NCBI GenBank assembly: GCA_051439505.1
Contig: JBFRWI010000147.1
Location: 1 to 48,133, forward strand
DNA: 48,133 nucleotides
Reading direction: 5' to 3'
From: Hormoscilla sp.
GTDB lineage: Bacteria > Cyanobacteriota > Cyanobacteriia > Cyanobacteriales > Desertifilaceae
Below, piece after piece: positions 28,948-39,216 of the stretch. A program made the position numbers and the translations under genes. The notes below the pieces were generated by a model. It saw only the letters and a list, made by a program, of their open reading frames with translations, did no database searches and was not told the DNA's origin. The stretch's first letter is position 1. The number at the start of each line of letters is the position of its first letter.

Positions 28948-29323
28948 TTGGGACTCCTCTTTTGCTATACTTCACATCATATAATTATACCATCTCATGT
29001 TATACCATTTCTTAAAGCACCCGCACCCGCCCCGATGTAATTCTCTCACTTCGCTGTCAGCCCTCGGGGTGGGCACCGCCCACCACTAGCACCTCCCACC
29101 CCCCGGAGCGGTTTAGCCAACGGTTGAGTGAATGTGTAAATTTTTTTGTCCTCCTACTTAAAGTAACTAGCTTATCAGATTGCGTTTGCTCGGCTGAGAC
29201 GACAATATTTTTCCACATCTGTTTCTTGGAAATTAAGTAGTTATGATAGCATAATCCCAATTCATAAATTCGCAATGTACCGTTCCGGAAAAATCATTCA
29301 TGAAATTTGGGGAGATCAATTAA

Positions 29324-29887
29324 ATGGTACAGACATTATCAAAACCCTTGACATTAGAAGAGTTTCTGAAGCTACCAGAAACCAAACCAGCCAGCGAGTA
29401 TATTGATGGGAAAATCATTCAGAAGCCCATGCCCCAAGGACAACATAGCACAATTCAAGGTGAACTGGTTACGACTATCAACGCCGTAGTCAAGTCTCAG
29501 CAAATAGCACGCGCTTTTCCAGAACTGCGCTGTACCTTTGCTGGGCGATCGACAGTTCCAGACGTATCCCTGTTTGCTTGGCAGAGAATTCCGCGCGTTC
29601 GCAATGGAGAAATTGCTAATGTGTTTCATGCCCATCCTGATTGGACAATTGAGATATTGTCGCCGGAACAAAGTCAAACAAGAGTGACCAAAAATATTCT
29701 GCACTGTCTGAAATATGGGACTAAAATGGGTTGGTTAATCGATCCACGAGAGAAAACAGTTTTAGTCTATCTGCCCAAACAAGAGATGAAAATGTACGAT
29801 GAACCAGGCGATCGACTGCCGGTACCAGCATTTGCCAGCGAATACCTGCTGACAGTGGGAGATTTGTTTGCTTGGCTATTAGAATAA
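29324..29887 (+). CDS. Uma2/DUF820 family (PD-(D/E)XK-like) endonuclease
   Basis: LTLEEFLKLPETKPASEYIDG...PELRCTF...VPDV...PDWTIEILSPEQ...GWLIDP. Confidence 0.93.
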   Translation: MVQTLSKPLTLEEFLKLPETKPASEYIDGKIIQKPMPQGQHSTIQGELVTTINAVVKSQQIARAFPELRCTFAGRSTVPDVSLFAWQRIPRVRNGEIANVFHAHPDWTIEILSPEQSQTRVTKNILHCLKYGTKMGWLIDPREKTVLVYLPKQEMKMYDEPGDRLPVPAFASEYLLTVGDLFAWLLE

Positions 29888-29981
29888 AAGTTGACAGTCA
29901 GCACTTTTAAGGAATTATTTGCTGAAGCTGCACTTTTAACTGGTTCTTTCAACCGATCGCCCACAGAGGAGACGGGTTGAG

Positions 29982-30140
29982 GAGAAACAGGGTTTCTGAT
30001 ATTATTTTGGCATCATTCGCGCTGATAGGGTAAAAGAAACCCGGTTTCTGGCCACCCCGATCTCGACCATTGTAGAAACCGGGTTTCTTGAGACAATTTT
30101 ACATCCCTGCGTGAGAGATGGTCAAAGAAACCCGGTTTCT
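29982..30140. repeat. Cluster of four AGAAACC(C/G)GGTTTCT palindromic REP units
   Basis: Units at ~29983, ~30035, ~30074 and ~30126 in alternating orientation. Confidence 0.85.
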
Positions 30141-30150
30141 GGCATGGGGG

Positions 30151-30178
30151 TTGAGACCCAATGTCACCTTGCTATAAT
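30151..30178 (+). promoter_or_regulatory. Sigma70-like promoter of the DUF433 module
   Basis: TTGAGA-N16-TATAAT with a TG extension, ~27 bp upstream of ATG 30205. Confidence 0.5.
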
Positions 30179-30204
30179 AGAAAAAATACCACATCCCTAA
30201 CACT

Positions 30205-30507
30205 ATGTCAACAGTCATTGATATTGGCACTTTAATCGATCGCGATCCAGAAATCCATGGCGGTTGTCCGATAATTGCTGGCACTGGAGTAACGGTGCGA
30301 CGAATTGTTATTTGGTACCAACAAGGGTAAACGGCAGAAGAGATTGCAGATGAGATAGGTCATCTGACCTTGGGACAGGTTTATGCAGCCTTGACATATT
30401 ACCATATGAACAAAAATGAAATTGATGCTGACATTGCCGCAGAGGAGGCGGAAGCCGATCGCATATATGCCTTACATAAAAGTGGAGAACTTTATGAGCC
30501 AAATTAG
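30205..30507 (+). pseudogene. DUF433 antitoxin-like gene with an in-frame stop
   Basis: MSTVIDIGTLIDRDPEIHGGCPIIAGTGVTVRRIVIWYQQG*TAEEIADEIGHLTLGQVYAALTYYH...; TAA at 30328-30330. Confidence 0.88.
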
Positions 30508-30736
30508 ATTATATATGGATGAGGATTAAATTTCACGATCTCTAAGCTGTCGTGCTATTAAATTGCACGCCCGATCCGCCGAACTCCTTGTTCTCAGGTA
30601 CTTTCCCAATTTTTAATTCTGAATTTTTAATTTTGAATTGATCGAGATGCGTGCTATATTGACTTTAATGGCGCGTCGGTCAGCAGAGGAAATGGTCAAC
30701 CAGGTCGTGTTTATTCGTGATTGGATTGAACCATAA
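30494..30736 (+). pseudogene. Disrupted DUF5615 (PIN-like) toxin gene
   Basis: The N-terminal stub MSQIRLYMDED* overlaps the DUF433 3' end. A C-terminal stub MRAILTLMARRSAEEMVNQVVFIRDWIEP* lies at 30647-30736. The middle is replaced by non-coding DNA. Confidence 0.7.
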
Positions 30737-30774
30737 AAGCCACAAGTCGCCATCACCCCCGATCGCGAGAAGAC

Positions 30775-30940
30775 AAGAAGCCGGGTTTCTACGAGTATTT
30801 TGGTCTCCCCACCGAGATGGTAAAAGAAACCCGGTTTCTCAACTCCCGCCCATCAGCCCCCTTCACCCTAAGACTAAGAAACCGGGTTTCTACGAGTATT
30901 TTCGTCTCCCCACCGAGATGGTAAAAGAAACCCGGTTTCT
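30775..30940. repeat. Two ~64-bp REP doublets in direct repeat
   Basis: AAGAA(G/A)CCGGGTTTCTACGAGTATTTT.GTCTCCCCACCGAGATGGTAAAAGAAACCCGGTTTCT at ~30775 and ~30877. Confidence 0.9.
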
Positions 30941-31018
30941 GGCCACCGGTTGTCGCCGCCACCCCCCCCCCACAAGCAAGGACGTTCGTCCTTACTACGA
31001 ACAATTTACTCCCACAAT

Positions 31019-32884
31019 TTATTTGAAGTTAGTATCCCAGACAGCGAAGTAAATGCGATCGCCATCGGTCCTCTGGATGACGCCTTTTAAGTTTCTGCCT
31101 GTAAAGTCAAAAGCGTCGGACTTACGCTGATGCACATTTTTTAGTTCCCTATCAACCTTTCTCCCAGGTGCGCCACTGCCAAGCAGGATCCCATTAACAA
31201 CCGTGCTCATCGTCAATTTGTCTACGTATTGAGAAAAGAATACCTCACTTTGGCGCATTTGCCCAGAATTGGGGTCAACTGAGTACCTTAAAGTTATTTT
31301 CCCATCCACTGTCTGATAAATCAAAGCGCGGGTATTCCCCTCACCAGCAGAGATTTGAGTTGGCTGACCCAGATCCTCTATAATCTCACTTTCATCTATA
31401 CCAATGTAATAGCCTCGCGCAACTTTGATTGTATTCGGGGTCGCTGAGGTAATTTCTGGTAGTTCAGGTTTCTTTGCCGGAGTTGCAGGTTGTGATGGAA
31501 TTTCTGCTTGCTGAACTGGTTCTGGGGGAACCTCGATCGCCGGAGGAGAGGTAGGAGGTTTCGGAGTAGGTTTTGGTTCCTGGGGTCGAGGAGTAGGCTG
31601 TTTTTTTGGAACTTCTGGTTCTGATATGGTCGGTTCTTCTGCGATCGGGGAAGCAGGAGATGTGGGTTCCTCAGTCGGTTCCTCAGTCGGTTCCTCAGTT
31701 AGTTCCTCAGTTGGTTCCTCAGTCGGTTCCTCTGCTAGAGGAGACCCACTTTCCGAGGGCGTTTCTCTGGTGGGATTAGATGGGACGGGTCTTGGGGATG
31801 TGACAATGGGTTCAGGATCTTGGGGCTTGAATAAATTAACCGCCACCATGACTAGGAATATCCCCGTAGCTACCATACCAAAGATCGGCACCAAGCCAGG
31901 CCCTTTGCGAGAGGAACTTGAGGGTTGACCATGGGGGACTGTCTGGGGTCCAGTTTGGTGGTTGGCAAATCTGACAGTAGTAGCGCTTTCCGTGGCGTTT
32001 GACTCTTTTAAGCTAGCTGCTTCTTCGGGTGTTGGTATTTGGACTCTCGTCGCCCCTGCTGTTACATCGGCCAACAATTGCAGCCATGCATCAATAGTAG
32101 CAGGTCGATCGCCCACTTCTACTGCCATACCCTGCATCACCGCTTCCGAAACAGCATCACTTAACTCGGGTCGCAACTCCTTGGGGGACTGAAGGGGTTG
32201 GCGATCGCGCAAAGCAGCGGAGACGGGTGATTTTGCCGTCAAGATAGCATAGAGAGTAGCGGCCAAAGCATAAACATCGGTAGCGGGAGTGCGTTTTGCC
32301 TGGGGCATATATTGCTCGATCGGGGCATAACCATCAGAAACGAAGCTAGTATGAGTCTGGGTAAAATTAGCTTGATATTCCCGGGCAATACCGAAATCAA
32401 TCAACACCGCATCATCAGTACCCTGGCGTAGCATAATATTATCCGGCTTCACATCCCGATGCAGCAAGCCATTATCATGAACGACCTGTAATGCAGAACC
32501 GATCTGCTGGATATATTGAATAGCCGTCCCTTCTGGTAGAGGATGATTGGGAAAAACTAGAGATCCCAAAGTTTCACCCTGAATGTAATCCATCACCATG
32601 TAGGGAATGTCATCTTCAGAGAAAAAGTCACTGACGCGGACAATATGGGGATGTTTAAATTTAGCTAAACGTTTGGCCTCATCCTGAAACTTGCGCTGAT
32701 AATCAGCAAATTTGGGATGCTGGCGCACCGACTCATTGAGAGTTTTAATCACCACCACCTGATTTAGGTAATGATGAGTCGCCTTGAAGGTGACGCCAAA
32801 ACCACCTTGTCCCAGTTGCTTCGCGAGAGTATATTTGCCTCCCTGCAATGTTTTGCCGATCAGCGCGTCCATAGCAGTTCCCAT
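31019..32884 (-). CDS. Hanks-type membrane Ser/Thr protein kinase (Pkn2-like)
   Basis: [22 protein letters not shown] and GYAPIEQ; TM helix; Pro/Glu-rich linker with TEEP repeats; extracytoplasmic C-terminal domain. Confidence 0.95.
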   Translation of the reverse strand: MGTAMDALIGKTLQGGKYTLAKQLGQGGFGVTFKATHHYLNQVVVIKTLNESVRQHPKFADYQRKFQDEAKRLAKFKHPHIVRVSDFFSEDDIPYMVMDYIQGETLGSLVFPNHPLPEGTAIQYIQQIGSALQVVHDNGLLHRDVKPDNIMLRQGTDDAVLIDFGIAREYQANFTQTHTSFVSDGYAPIEQYMPQAKRTPATDVYALAATLYAILTAKSPVSAALRDRQPLQSPKELRPELSDAVSEAVMQGMAVEVGDRPATIDAWLQLLADVTAGATRVQIPTPEEAASLKESNATESATTVRFANHQTGPQTVPHGQPSSSSRKGPGLVPIFGMVATGIFLVMVAVNLFKPQDPEPIVTSPRPVPSNPTRETPSESGSPLAEEPTEEPTEELTEEPTEEPTEEPTSPASPIAEEPTISEPEVPKKQPTPRPQEPKPTPKPPTSPPAIEVPPEPVQQAEIPSQPATPAKKPELPEITSATPNTIKVARGYYIGIDESEIIEDLGQPTQISAGEGNTRALIYQTVDGKITLRYSVDPNSGQMRQSEVFFSQYVDKLTMSTVVNGILLGSGAPGRKVDRELKNVHQRKSDAFDFTGRNLKGVIQRTDGDRIYFAVWDTNFK

Positions 32885-33014
32885 AGAGAGATAGTACCGA
32901 TTAGCTTAGTTTAGCTCAAATCCATCCTTTTCGGAGAATGCCCGATCGTCGGGCCGCCGACAGTTCCCTGCCACCGGTGCTACCAGATAATAGGGGCCCG
33001 AACCCGCGCGGGGG

Positions 33015-33285
33015 CCCGAACCCTAAAGGGTCCGGCTACACGAACAAAGCCCGCCTGTGCGGGCTAGATTATATTTACCCACGTTCGATTGCTCCGCCTC
33101 AATACTTCGTAGGTTTTGCTTTAGAGTGTCATTGCGAGGGGGGGGATAAAGGCGGAGATCCCTGAATTATCGGTTTAGGTTTCCCCCCTCGCAATGACAG
33201 CTTGTATCCCTTGAAGTATTGGGCGGAGCCTGGGAACGTGTTCTAGAGGCGGAGCCTCTAGTTTACAATGGTACAAGATATGAGG
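33015..33285. mobile_element. Nested REP/MITE mosaic including a CAATACTTC...GAAGTATTG element (33100-33221)
   Basis: Same outer and inner inverted repeats as 9994-10232, flanked by GCTCCGCC / GGCGGAGC of the CCTGGGAACG repeat family. Confidence 0.75.
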
Positions 33286-33364
33286 TATAATCCATTTATT
33301 GCTACAATCCGGCTGTAAAAAGTTGACTGTCTCCCTGCTGGACCGGATGCCAGCGTTTGCATCT

Positions 33365-33650
33365 ATGAAGATTTATGAGCTGATTTGGAACGAAGAACAA
33401 ATCGACCACATTGCCAATCATCGAGTAAGACCCGAGGAAGGCAGAAGTTGCATGTTTTGGGGTAGCATTAGTTCAACGCGCCAAGTCTGAAGGAGAAAAT
33501 CCCGTTTACTACGTGTTTAATCAGACCAGTGATGGACGCTATCTCTTTTGTGTTATAATACTATTTCCTTATGGCATAGGATATCCAGTAACAGCTCGCG
33601 AAATGACCGATAAAGAAAAAAAGCGATACAAGCAATGGAGAAACAGATGA
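33365..33650 (+). pseudogene. BrnT-like (RelE-fold) toxin with a single-base frameshift
   Basis: MKIYELIWNEEQIDHIANHRVRPEE, then +1 at ~33440: AEVACFG...VYYVFNQTSDGRYLFCVII...YPVTAREMTDKEKKRYKQWRNR*. The stop overlaps the next ATG (ATGA). Confidence 0.85.
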
Positions 33651-33898
33651 ACGTGCCAAAAATTCCCAATACTGATTCGATTGCAGAGTTAGCTAAATTC
33701 TGGGACACTCACGATCTAACTGACTTTGAAGACCAGTTAGAAGAGGTTACAGAGCCAGTTTTTGAGAGGAGAATGGTGGTGAAAATTACTTTTAAGCCCA
33801 CGGAAGTAGAAGCAGTGAAAGAAGCAGCTTCCTTGAGAGGAATTGATTACGTAGATATGATGAGAGAGTGCATTTTGTCAGCAGTCTCTACTACATAA
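33647..33898 (+). CDS. BrnA/CopG-like antitoxin
   Basis: KIPNTDSIAELAKFWDTHDLTDF and an RHH-like C-terminus; translationally coupled to the toxin gene. Confidence 0.8.
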   Translation: MNVPKIPNTDSIAELAKFWDTHDLTDFEDQLEEVTEPVFERRMVVKITFKPTEVEAVKEAASLRGIDYVDMMRECILSAVSTT

Positions 33899-34138
33899 AC
33901 GATGGGTACACTGCATAGAAGCAGATCCATCTGTAGGGGCGCCATTCGCAGCGGCTGCGCAGCAGCTAGCATTCGGGCAGACAAATGATAATATAAGACA
34001 ACTTTTTTCGCCCCGAATGCTTCGCCCCTGCCAAGGTGAGATGCACCCCATAGCGTAACACAAGGTGGGGCGATCGTCCCGTTCCGATCCACCAGCAGCC
34101 CAAAATTTACTTTCCGAAGTCAATTCGCCTCAGCATTC

Positions 34139-34975
34139 CTACTTTGACAAGAACTCCTGTACCCGTTGCAGATATTTATCAGCAGACTCCAACATCGGAA
34201 AATGAGCAGTCTTGGGAATCATCGCAAATTCTACCATATCATTCAACTCAGCCGCCTTTTTCCCCATCTGGGCTGGAATTATCTTATCGTACTCGCCAGC
34301 AACCAACAGACAGGGCACAGATAAATTAGCAAATTCCCCTGGCATAATTTCCGCTGCATGCTTGCTTACAGAAGTGTATATCGTACCCAATGCCGCCTCG
34401 TAATCTGCCAACAGAAAATCCTCCAAAAAAGCCTGACTTTGGGCAGTGGGAATGGCACTATACAGAAATCTGGCCATGAACATCTTATCCATCAGGGGAA
34501 TCTGCGTCAGCCACTTGGGGCGAAACTTCACTACATACCCGCCAAAGCGATGAAAAGCCGTAAATGACTTTTCGTCGTATTCAAAAATACCACTACAGGT
34601 TAAAATTGCCTTTTCTACCAATTCCGGGTAGCGATTGATAAACATCACCGCTACTGACGCCCCCATCGAATGGGCATTAATATACACCTTTTCTAGCCCC
34701 AAAGCATCCAGCAATGCTGCCAAATCTTCCGCATATTCTTCCACTTCGTAGCCGATCTGGGTCGGTTGTTCTGGCAATCTGGTTCTGCCAAACCCCCGCA
34801 TATCATACAGCAAACAATCAAATTTATCTGCGATCGCTCTAGCCGTGGATTCCCAGTACCGGTCCGAACCCGCCCACCCGTGGATAAACACCATCACTGG
34901 CTTACTCTTAGAAGTCGAATCCCCCTTCACCCATTCATAATAATGTTCTACCCCACGAACCTCAATCTTTGCCAT
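34139..34975 (-). CDS. Alpha/beta-fold hydrolase
   Basis: FIHGWAGS, YDMRGFG, nucleophile AHSMG, GEYD and AHFPMLE. Confidence 0.92.
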   Translation of the reverse strand: MAKIEVRGVEHYYEWVKGDSTSKSKPVMVFIHGWAGSDRYWESTARAIADKFDCLLYDMRGFGRTRLPEQPTQIGYEVEEYAEDLAALLDALGLEKVYINAHSMGASVAVMFINRYPELVEKAILTCSGIFEYDEKSFTAFHRFGGYVVKFRPKWLTQIPLMDKMFMARFLYSAIPTAQSQAFLEDFLLADYEAALGTIYTSVSKHAAEIMPGEFANLSVPCLLVAGEYDKIIPAQMGKKAAELNDMVEFAMIPKTAHFPMLESADKYLQRVQEFLSK

Positions 34976-35048
34976 AATCCTCTCAAACAATCGAGGGTGA
35001 AATCGGTTTAGACTTCACCCTTCACTATATACTCTATCCCCAACAAAG

Positions 35049-36392
35049 TTAAGCAGAAGCTGGCTTTGGCAGAGAAGAAGGATGTAATAACAACTCAGCA
35101 GTCGATCGCTTCTCAACCATTTCCTTCGTGATCGCGCAGCGAGTCACATCCTTGCGGGATGGCAACTCGTACATCACCTCCAGCATCAGTTCTTCCACGA
35201 TACTCCGCAGGGCCCTGGCTCCCGTCTTCCGCCGGTATGCTTCTTTGGCGATCGCCTTTACCGCCTCCGGTCGGAATTCCAGTTGAACGTTATCCATCCA
35301 GAGCAGTTTCTGGTATTGTTTAACCAGAGCATTTTTCGGTTCCGTCAAGATTGCCATCAGGGCCTCTTCATCCAGAGGTTCCACCACTGCGGCCACTGGT
35401 ATTCTGCCAATGAACTCTGGAATCATGCCAAACTTGACCATATCATCAGGTTCCAGATTTTTCAGCACCTCTGCTGTCCGTTGTTCCTTTCGAGGCGTAT
35501 TTTCTCCTGGTTGAATAAACCCGATCGACTTTTTCCCAGTCCGTTGGGATACCACCTTATCCAGGCCCACAAACGCGCCGCCACAAATAAACAGGATATT
35601 ACCCGTATCGATCTGAATGCAATCTTGGTAGGGATGCTTCCGTCCCCCTTGGGGAGGCACATTTGCCACAGTTCCCTCCAACATCTTCAGCAAAGCTTGC
35701 TGCACCCCTTCACCCGATACATCCCGAGTGATGGACGGATTTTCGCTTTTACGGGCAATCTTATCAATTTCATCTATATAAATGATTCCCCGCTGAGCTT
35801 CTTCTACATCAAACTCTGCCACTTGCAGCAGACGCAGCAAGATATTTTCCACATCCTCGCCTACATATCCTGCTTCCGTCAGCGTCGTCGCATCTGCCAC
35901 TGCGAAGGGCACATCCAGCATTTGTGCCAGAGTTTGAGCCAACAGGGTTTTTCCGCAGCCCGTCGGCCCGATCAGCAGGATATTCGACTTTTGCAATTCT
36001 ACAGCATCATCCTTAGAGCCTTTGCCGTTGTTTTTCGTCTGGATAAAGCTGAGACGCTTATAATGGTTATATACCGCTACCGATAGTACCTTCTTCGCCT
36101 CCTCTTGACCGATGACATGGTCGTCGAGGTACTTCTTTATCTCTTTCGGCTTAGGAATTTGATGCAACGATACTGCTGAACTTTTCCGCCGCTTGGGCGC
36201 CGGTTGTTCTCGCCGCTGGGCCGACTGTCCTGCTGTCGCACTTGCGTCAAACAGTTCCTCGTCTAAAATCTCATTACAAAGTTCCACGCACTCATCGCAA
36301 ATATATACTCCCGGCCCAGCTATCAATTTGCGCACTTGCTCCTGAGACTTTCCACAAAAGGAACATTTTAGATGGGAGTCATACTTTGACAT
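35049..36392 (-). CDS. clpX: ATP-dependent Clp protease ATP-binding subunit ClpX
   Basis: Zn finger CSFC...[20 protein letters not shown] loop and IGF loop. Confidence 0.98.
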   Translation of the reverse strand: MSKYDSHLKCSFCGKSQEQVRKLIAGPGVYICDECVELCNEILDEELFDASATAGQSAQRREQPAPKRRKSSAVSLHQIPKPKEIKKYLDDHVIGQEEAKKVLSVAVYNHYKRLSFIQTKNNGKGSKDDAVELQKSNILLIGPTGCGKTLLAQTLAQMLDVPFAVADATTLTEAGYVGEDVENILLRLLQVAEFDVEEAQRGIIYIDEIDKIARKSENPSITRDVSGEGVQQALLKMLEGTVANVPPQGGRKHPYQDCIQIDTGNILFICGGAFVGLDKVVSQRTGKKSIGFIQPGENTPRKEQRTAEVLKNLEPDDMVKFGMIPEFIGRIPVAAVVEPLDEEALMAILTEPKNALVKQYQKLLWMDNVQLEFRPEAVKAIAKEAYRRKTGARALRSIVEELMLEVMYELPSRKDVTRCAITKEMVEKRSTAELLLHPSSLPKPASA

Positions 36393-36402
36393 ATTCTGCC
36401 TC

Positions 36403-37095
36403 TCATTTCACTACTGCGATCGGTTTGACCTTAGTTGAGCCATTTTGCCGGGAGATTACTCGATCTATGAGACCATAATCCTTTGCTTGGTTTGCCGACA
36501 TAAAGAAGTCGCGTTCCGTATCTGCTGCTATTTTTTCCAGCGGCTGACCCGTATGTTCCGCTAGCAATTCATTCAGAGTCTGTTTGTGATAGAGTATTTC
36601 TCGGGCTTGAATTTCTATGTCAACCGCCTGTCCTTGAGCCCCGCCCAAGGGCTGATGAATCATGATCCGGGAACTCGGCAAGGACATCCGCTTGCCTGCG
36701 GCCCCCGCTGTCAGCAGAAATGCGCCCATGCTCGCAGCTAAACCGTAACATATCGTCACCACATCTGGGCGAATCTGTTGCATTGTGTCATATATTGCCA
36801 TCCCAGCTGTCACAGACCCTCCCGGAGAGTTGATGTATAGCTGAATGTCTTTTTCTGGGTCTTCTGCTTCCAGGAACAGCAATTGGGCTACTAGGGAGTC
36901 CGCGACATTATCGTCCACCGGCGTTCCCAAAAAGACAATCCGCTCGCGCAATAGCCGCGAGTAGATATCAAAGGCCCTTTCTCCTTTACCAGACTGCTCG
37001 ACTACCATCGGGATGACGCCCGAGGTATTGACAGAGTAGGTATCAAAGTAAGCCAAGCTTGCCAGGGAGTAATTTTTGGTTTGAGATACAAGCAT
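36403..37095 (-). CDS. clpP: Clp protease proteolytic subunit ClpP
   Basis: [30 protein letters not shown] and ERDFFM. Confidence 0.97.
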   Translation of the reverse strand: MLVSQTKNYSLASLAYFDTYSVNTSGVIPMVVEQSGKGERAFDIYSRLLRERIVFLGTPVDDNVADSLVAQLLFLEAEDPEKDIQLYINSPGGSVTAGMAIYDTMQQIRPDVVTICYGLAASMGAFLLTAGAAGKRMSLPSSRIMIHQPLGGAQGQAVDIEIQAREILYHKQTLNELLAEHTGQPLEKIAADTERDFFMSANQAKDYGLIDRVISRQNGSTKVKPIAVVK

Positions 37096-37206
37096 AAAGC
37101 TATCAGTGGTCAGTGGTTAGTTGTCAGCGGTGGTCAGCGGTCAGTCTCACTACTAGACCATTATGACCTAATCTACTGGGCTGTGGGTGAAAATCTCACA
37201 AATATT

Positions 37207-38652
37207 TTACTCTTGCTCTTGCGACTGTTCTGAGTCGCTTGCCTCTGCTGGTGCCGCGTCCTCGCCAGTTGCTTCTGCTTGTGACTGGTCTGAGGAGGTT
37301 TCCGACTCTGCTGGTGGTTTGAGAGATCCTTCCTCGACCAGTTCGATCGTGCTACGTTCTTCAACCCAGGCGAGGACTTTTTCTTGCAGCAGGTCTATTC
37401 TCACCGCCTCTGTAAGTTTTTCGCGGTCAATTATCTCCTTGTCCTGAGGAGAGTATTGATCCAATATCTCTGTCTTTTTCGCCTCTATGGCTTCTGGAGA
37501 GACTTCCAGGGATTCCCGTTTGGCTATTTCGGCCACTACGTAGTTGATTTTAATCCGTGCGATCGCCTCTGGCTGCGAGTTCTGGCGCATGGAGGTGACC
37601 ATTTCTTTTGTCAACATCTTTTGCACGTCCACCCCTTGCCTGGCCAGATCGTATACTGCCGATGTGACTATTTCGTCAATCTCAGAGGAGATGGTACTTG
37701 CAGGAATTTCCACTTCCATCTGTTCTACCAGGGCCTCTAGTATCGCTTGGGACTTGTTAGCTGCTGTTTGGCGTTCGGCCCGATCTTTATAGGTGCTTTC
37801 CAGATCGGCTCGCAATTCTGCTAGGGTTTCAAACTCACTAACTTCTGCGGCGAACTCATCGTCTAATTCTGGCAACTCCTGTTCTTTAATCTCCTTGAGG
37901 GTAATGCTGAACACCGCCTCTATACCTCTCAAGTCCTTTTGGGGATACTCTTCTGGGAACTGGAGCGGTACCTCTTTAGTCTCCCCCAGCTGCATCCCGA
38001 CAATGCCCTCCACAAATCCGGGGATAAATCCTTCCGTTTTCAGTTCCAGTTCAAACTCGTCCGCTTTGGCTCCGGGAATCTCTGTTTCCCCTTCTTCCCC
38101 TTCTGTCTTCGCCTTCCGTCCGGCAAAATCGATCACCGTGATGTCTCCCATCTGGGCCGGACGGTCTTCTACTGGTATCAGAGTCGCTTGCTTGTGACGT
38201 TGCTCTTCCAATATTCCATCTACTGTAGCGGGGTCGTACTTTACTTCCTCTACTTTTATGGTTAAGCCTGTAGACTGTTTGATTTGAATTTCTGGCGGTA
38301 CGTCAACCGCCAGATTGAATGTCAGGGGTTGTCCGGGCTTATACTCGCCGACTAATGCCTCGAACTCCGATATTAGCTCGGGCTTATCCAAAGCCTCGAT
38401 CTTCTCTTGGGCGATCGCCTCCGATGCTGCTTGTTCGATCAGCTTTTCCAGGGCCACTGCTTTCAGGTTCACCGACCCCAACCGCTGGATCAACACTTGA
38501 CGCGGCACTTTTCCTTTCCGAAACCCAGGAATGTCTACCTTCCGCTTGTACTCTGCCAGCACCTGCTCGTATGCCTGCTTTGACCTTTCGGGTGTTATTT
38601 CTATTTCCAGACCCATCTGGCTGTTTGGACGCTTTTCCTGGGTTACTTTCAT
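37207..38652 (-). CDS. tig: Trigger factor
   Basis: IPGFRKGKVP, FKBP domain, upstream of clpP-clpX. Confidence 0.97.
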   Translation of the reverse strand: MKVTQEKRPNSQMGLEIEITPERSKQAYEQVLAEYKRKVDIPGFRKGKVPRQVLIQRLGSVNLKAVALEKLIEQAASEAIAQEKIEALDKPELISEFEALVGEYKPGQPLTFNLAVDVPPEIQIKQSTGLTIKVEEVKYDPATVDGILEEQRHKQATLIPVEDRPAQMGDITVIDFAGRKAKTEGEEGETEIPGAKADEFELELKTEGFIPGFVEGIVGMQLGETKEVPLQFPEEYPQKDLRGIEAVFSITLKEIKEQELPELDDEFAAEVSEFETLAELRADLESTYKDRAERQTAANKSQAILEALVEQMEVEIPASTISSEIDEIVTSAVYDLARQGVDVQKMLTKEMVTSMRQNSQPEAIARIKINYVVAEIAKRESLEVSPEAIEAKKTEILDQYSPQDKEIIDREKLTEAVRIDLLQEKVLAWVEERSTIELVEEGSLKPPAESETSSDQSQAEATGEDAAPAEASDSEQSQEQE

Positions 38653-38860
38653 CTGTTCTTGACTGATATTTCCTACTTGTTTTTCATCGGTCAGCCTTGG
38701 TGGCCCTGGCGATCGGTTTCACCTCTAGATCGCCGGCAGTCGTCTTGACTCTTGCCGGTTATTTACCGAGCTGGGTGCAGTTGCTGACCGACATTGCTTT
38801 CCTATCATACAGTTCCTGTCCGCGAGATGGACAGATAGCATCACCAGTATATCTTTCGGT

Positions 38861-38999
38861 GGCGTTGCACTTCGACACCGATGATTTCCCGACCACTTCC
38901 ACCCTTGCCACGCTTTGACGGTAGCCCATTATTAATGACTTGTGACCACTGACCACTGACCACTGACCACTGACCACCAATCATCCCCCGTGCAACGCC
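38861..38999. mobile_element. MITE-like element with perfect 10-bp TIR containing (TGACCAC)x5
   Basis: GGCGTTGCAC (38861) / GTGCAACGCC (38990-38999); heptamer array at ~38943-38977. Confidence 0.7.
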
Positions 39000-39216
39000 T
39001 AAGTATTTATATCTAGCTATAGCCATTTTCCTCCGATCTTGGCAGCCATCATCTCCAAAATGTCCGACGCCAAGGTGTAAACTAGCTATTAAGTTGGATT
39101 AAGATAGATTACATCGGACTCCCTGACCTGCTAGAATCTGAAAACCTATAGTTCGTTCATATTTTTGATTTTTGTTCGGTGCTCAAACTTAATAGTTGTC
39201 TATAAAAGGAGGGAAT

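Noticed and set aside
29982..30140. CRISPR-like repeat-spacer pattern of AGAAACCCGGTTTCT
   Set aside because: The units are only ~15 bp, alternate in orientation, are unevenly spaced and recur dispersed (~30775, ~43618, ~45972, ~48009), which fits REP doublets.
35283..36086. 267-aa + strand ORF
   Set aside because: It is the antisense shadow of clpX.
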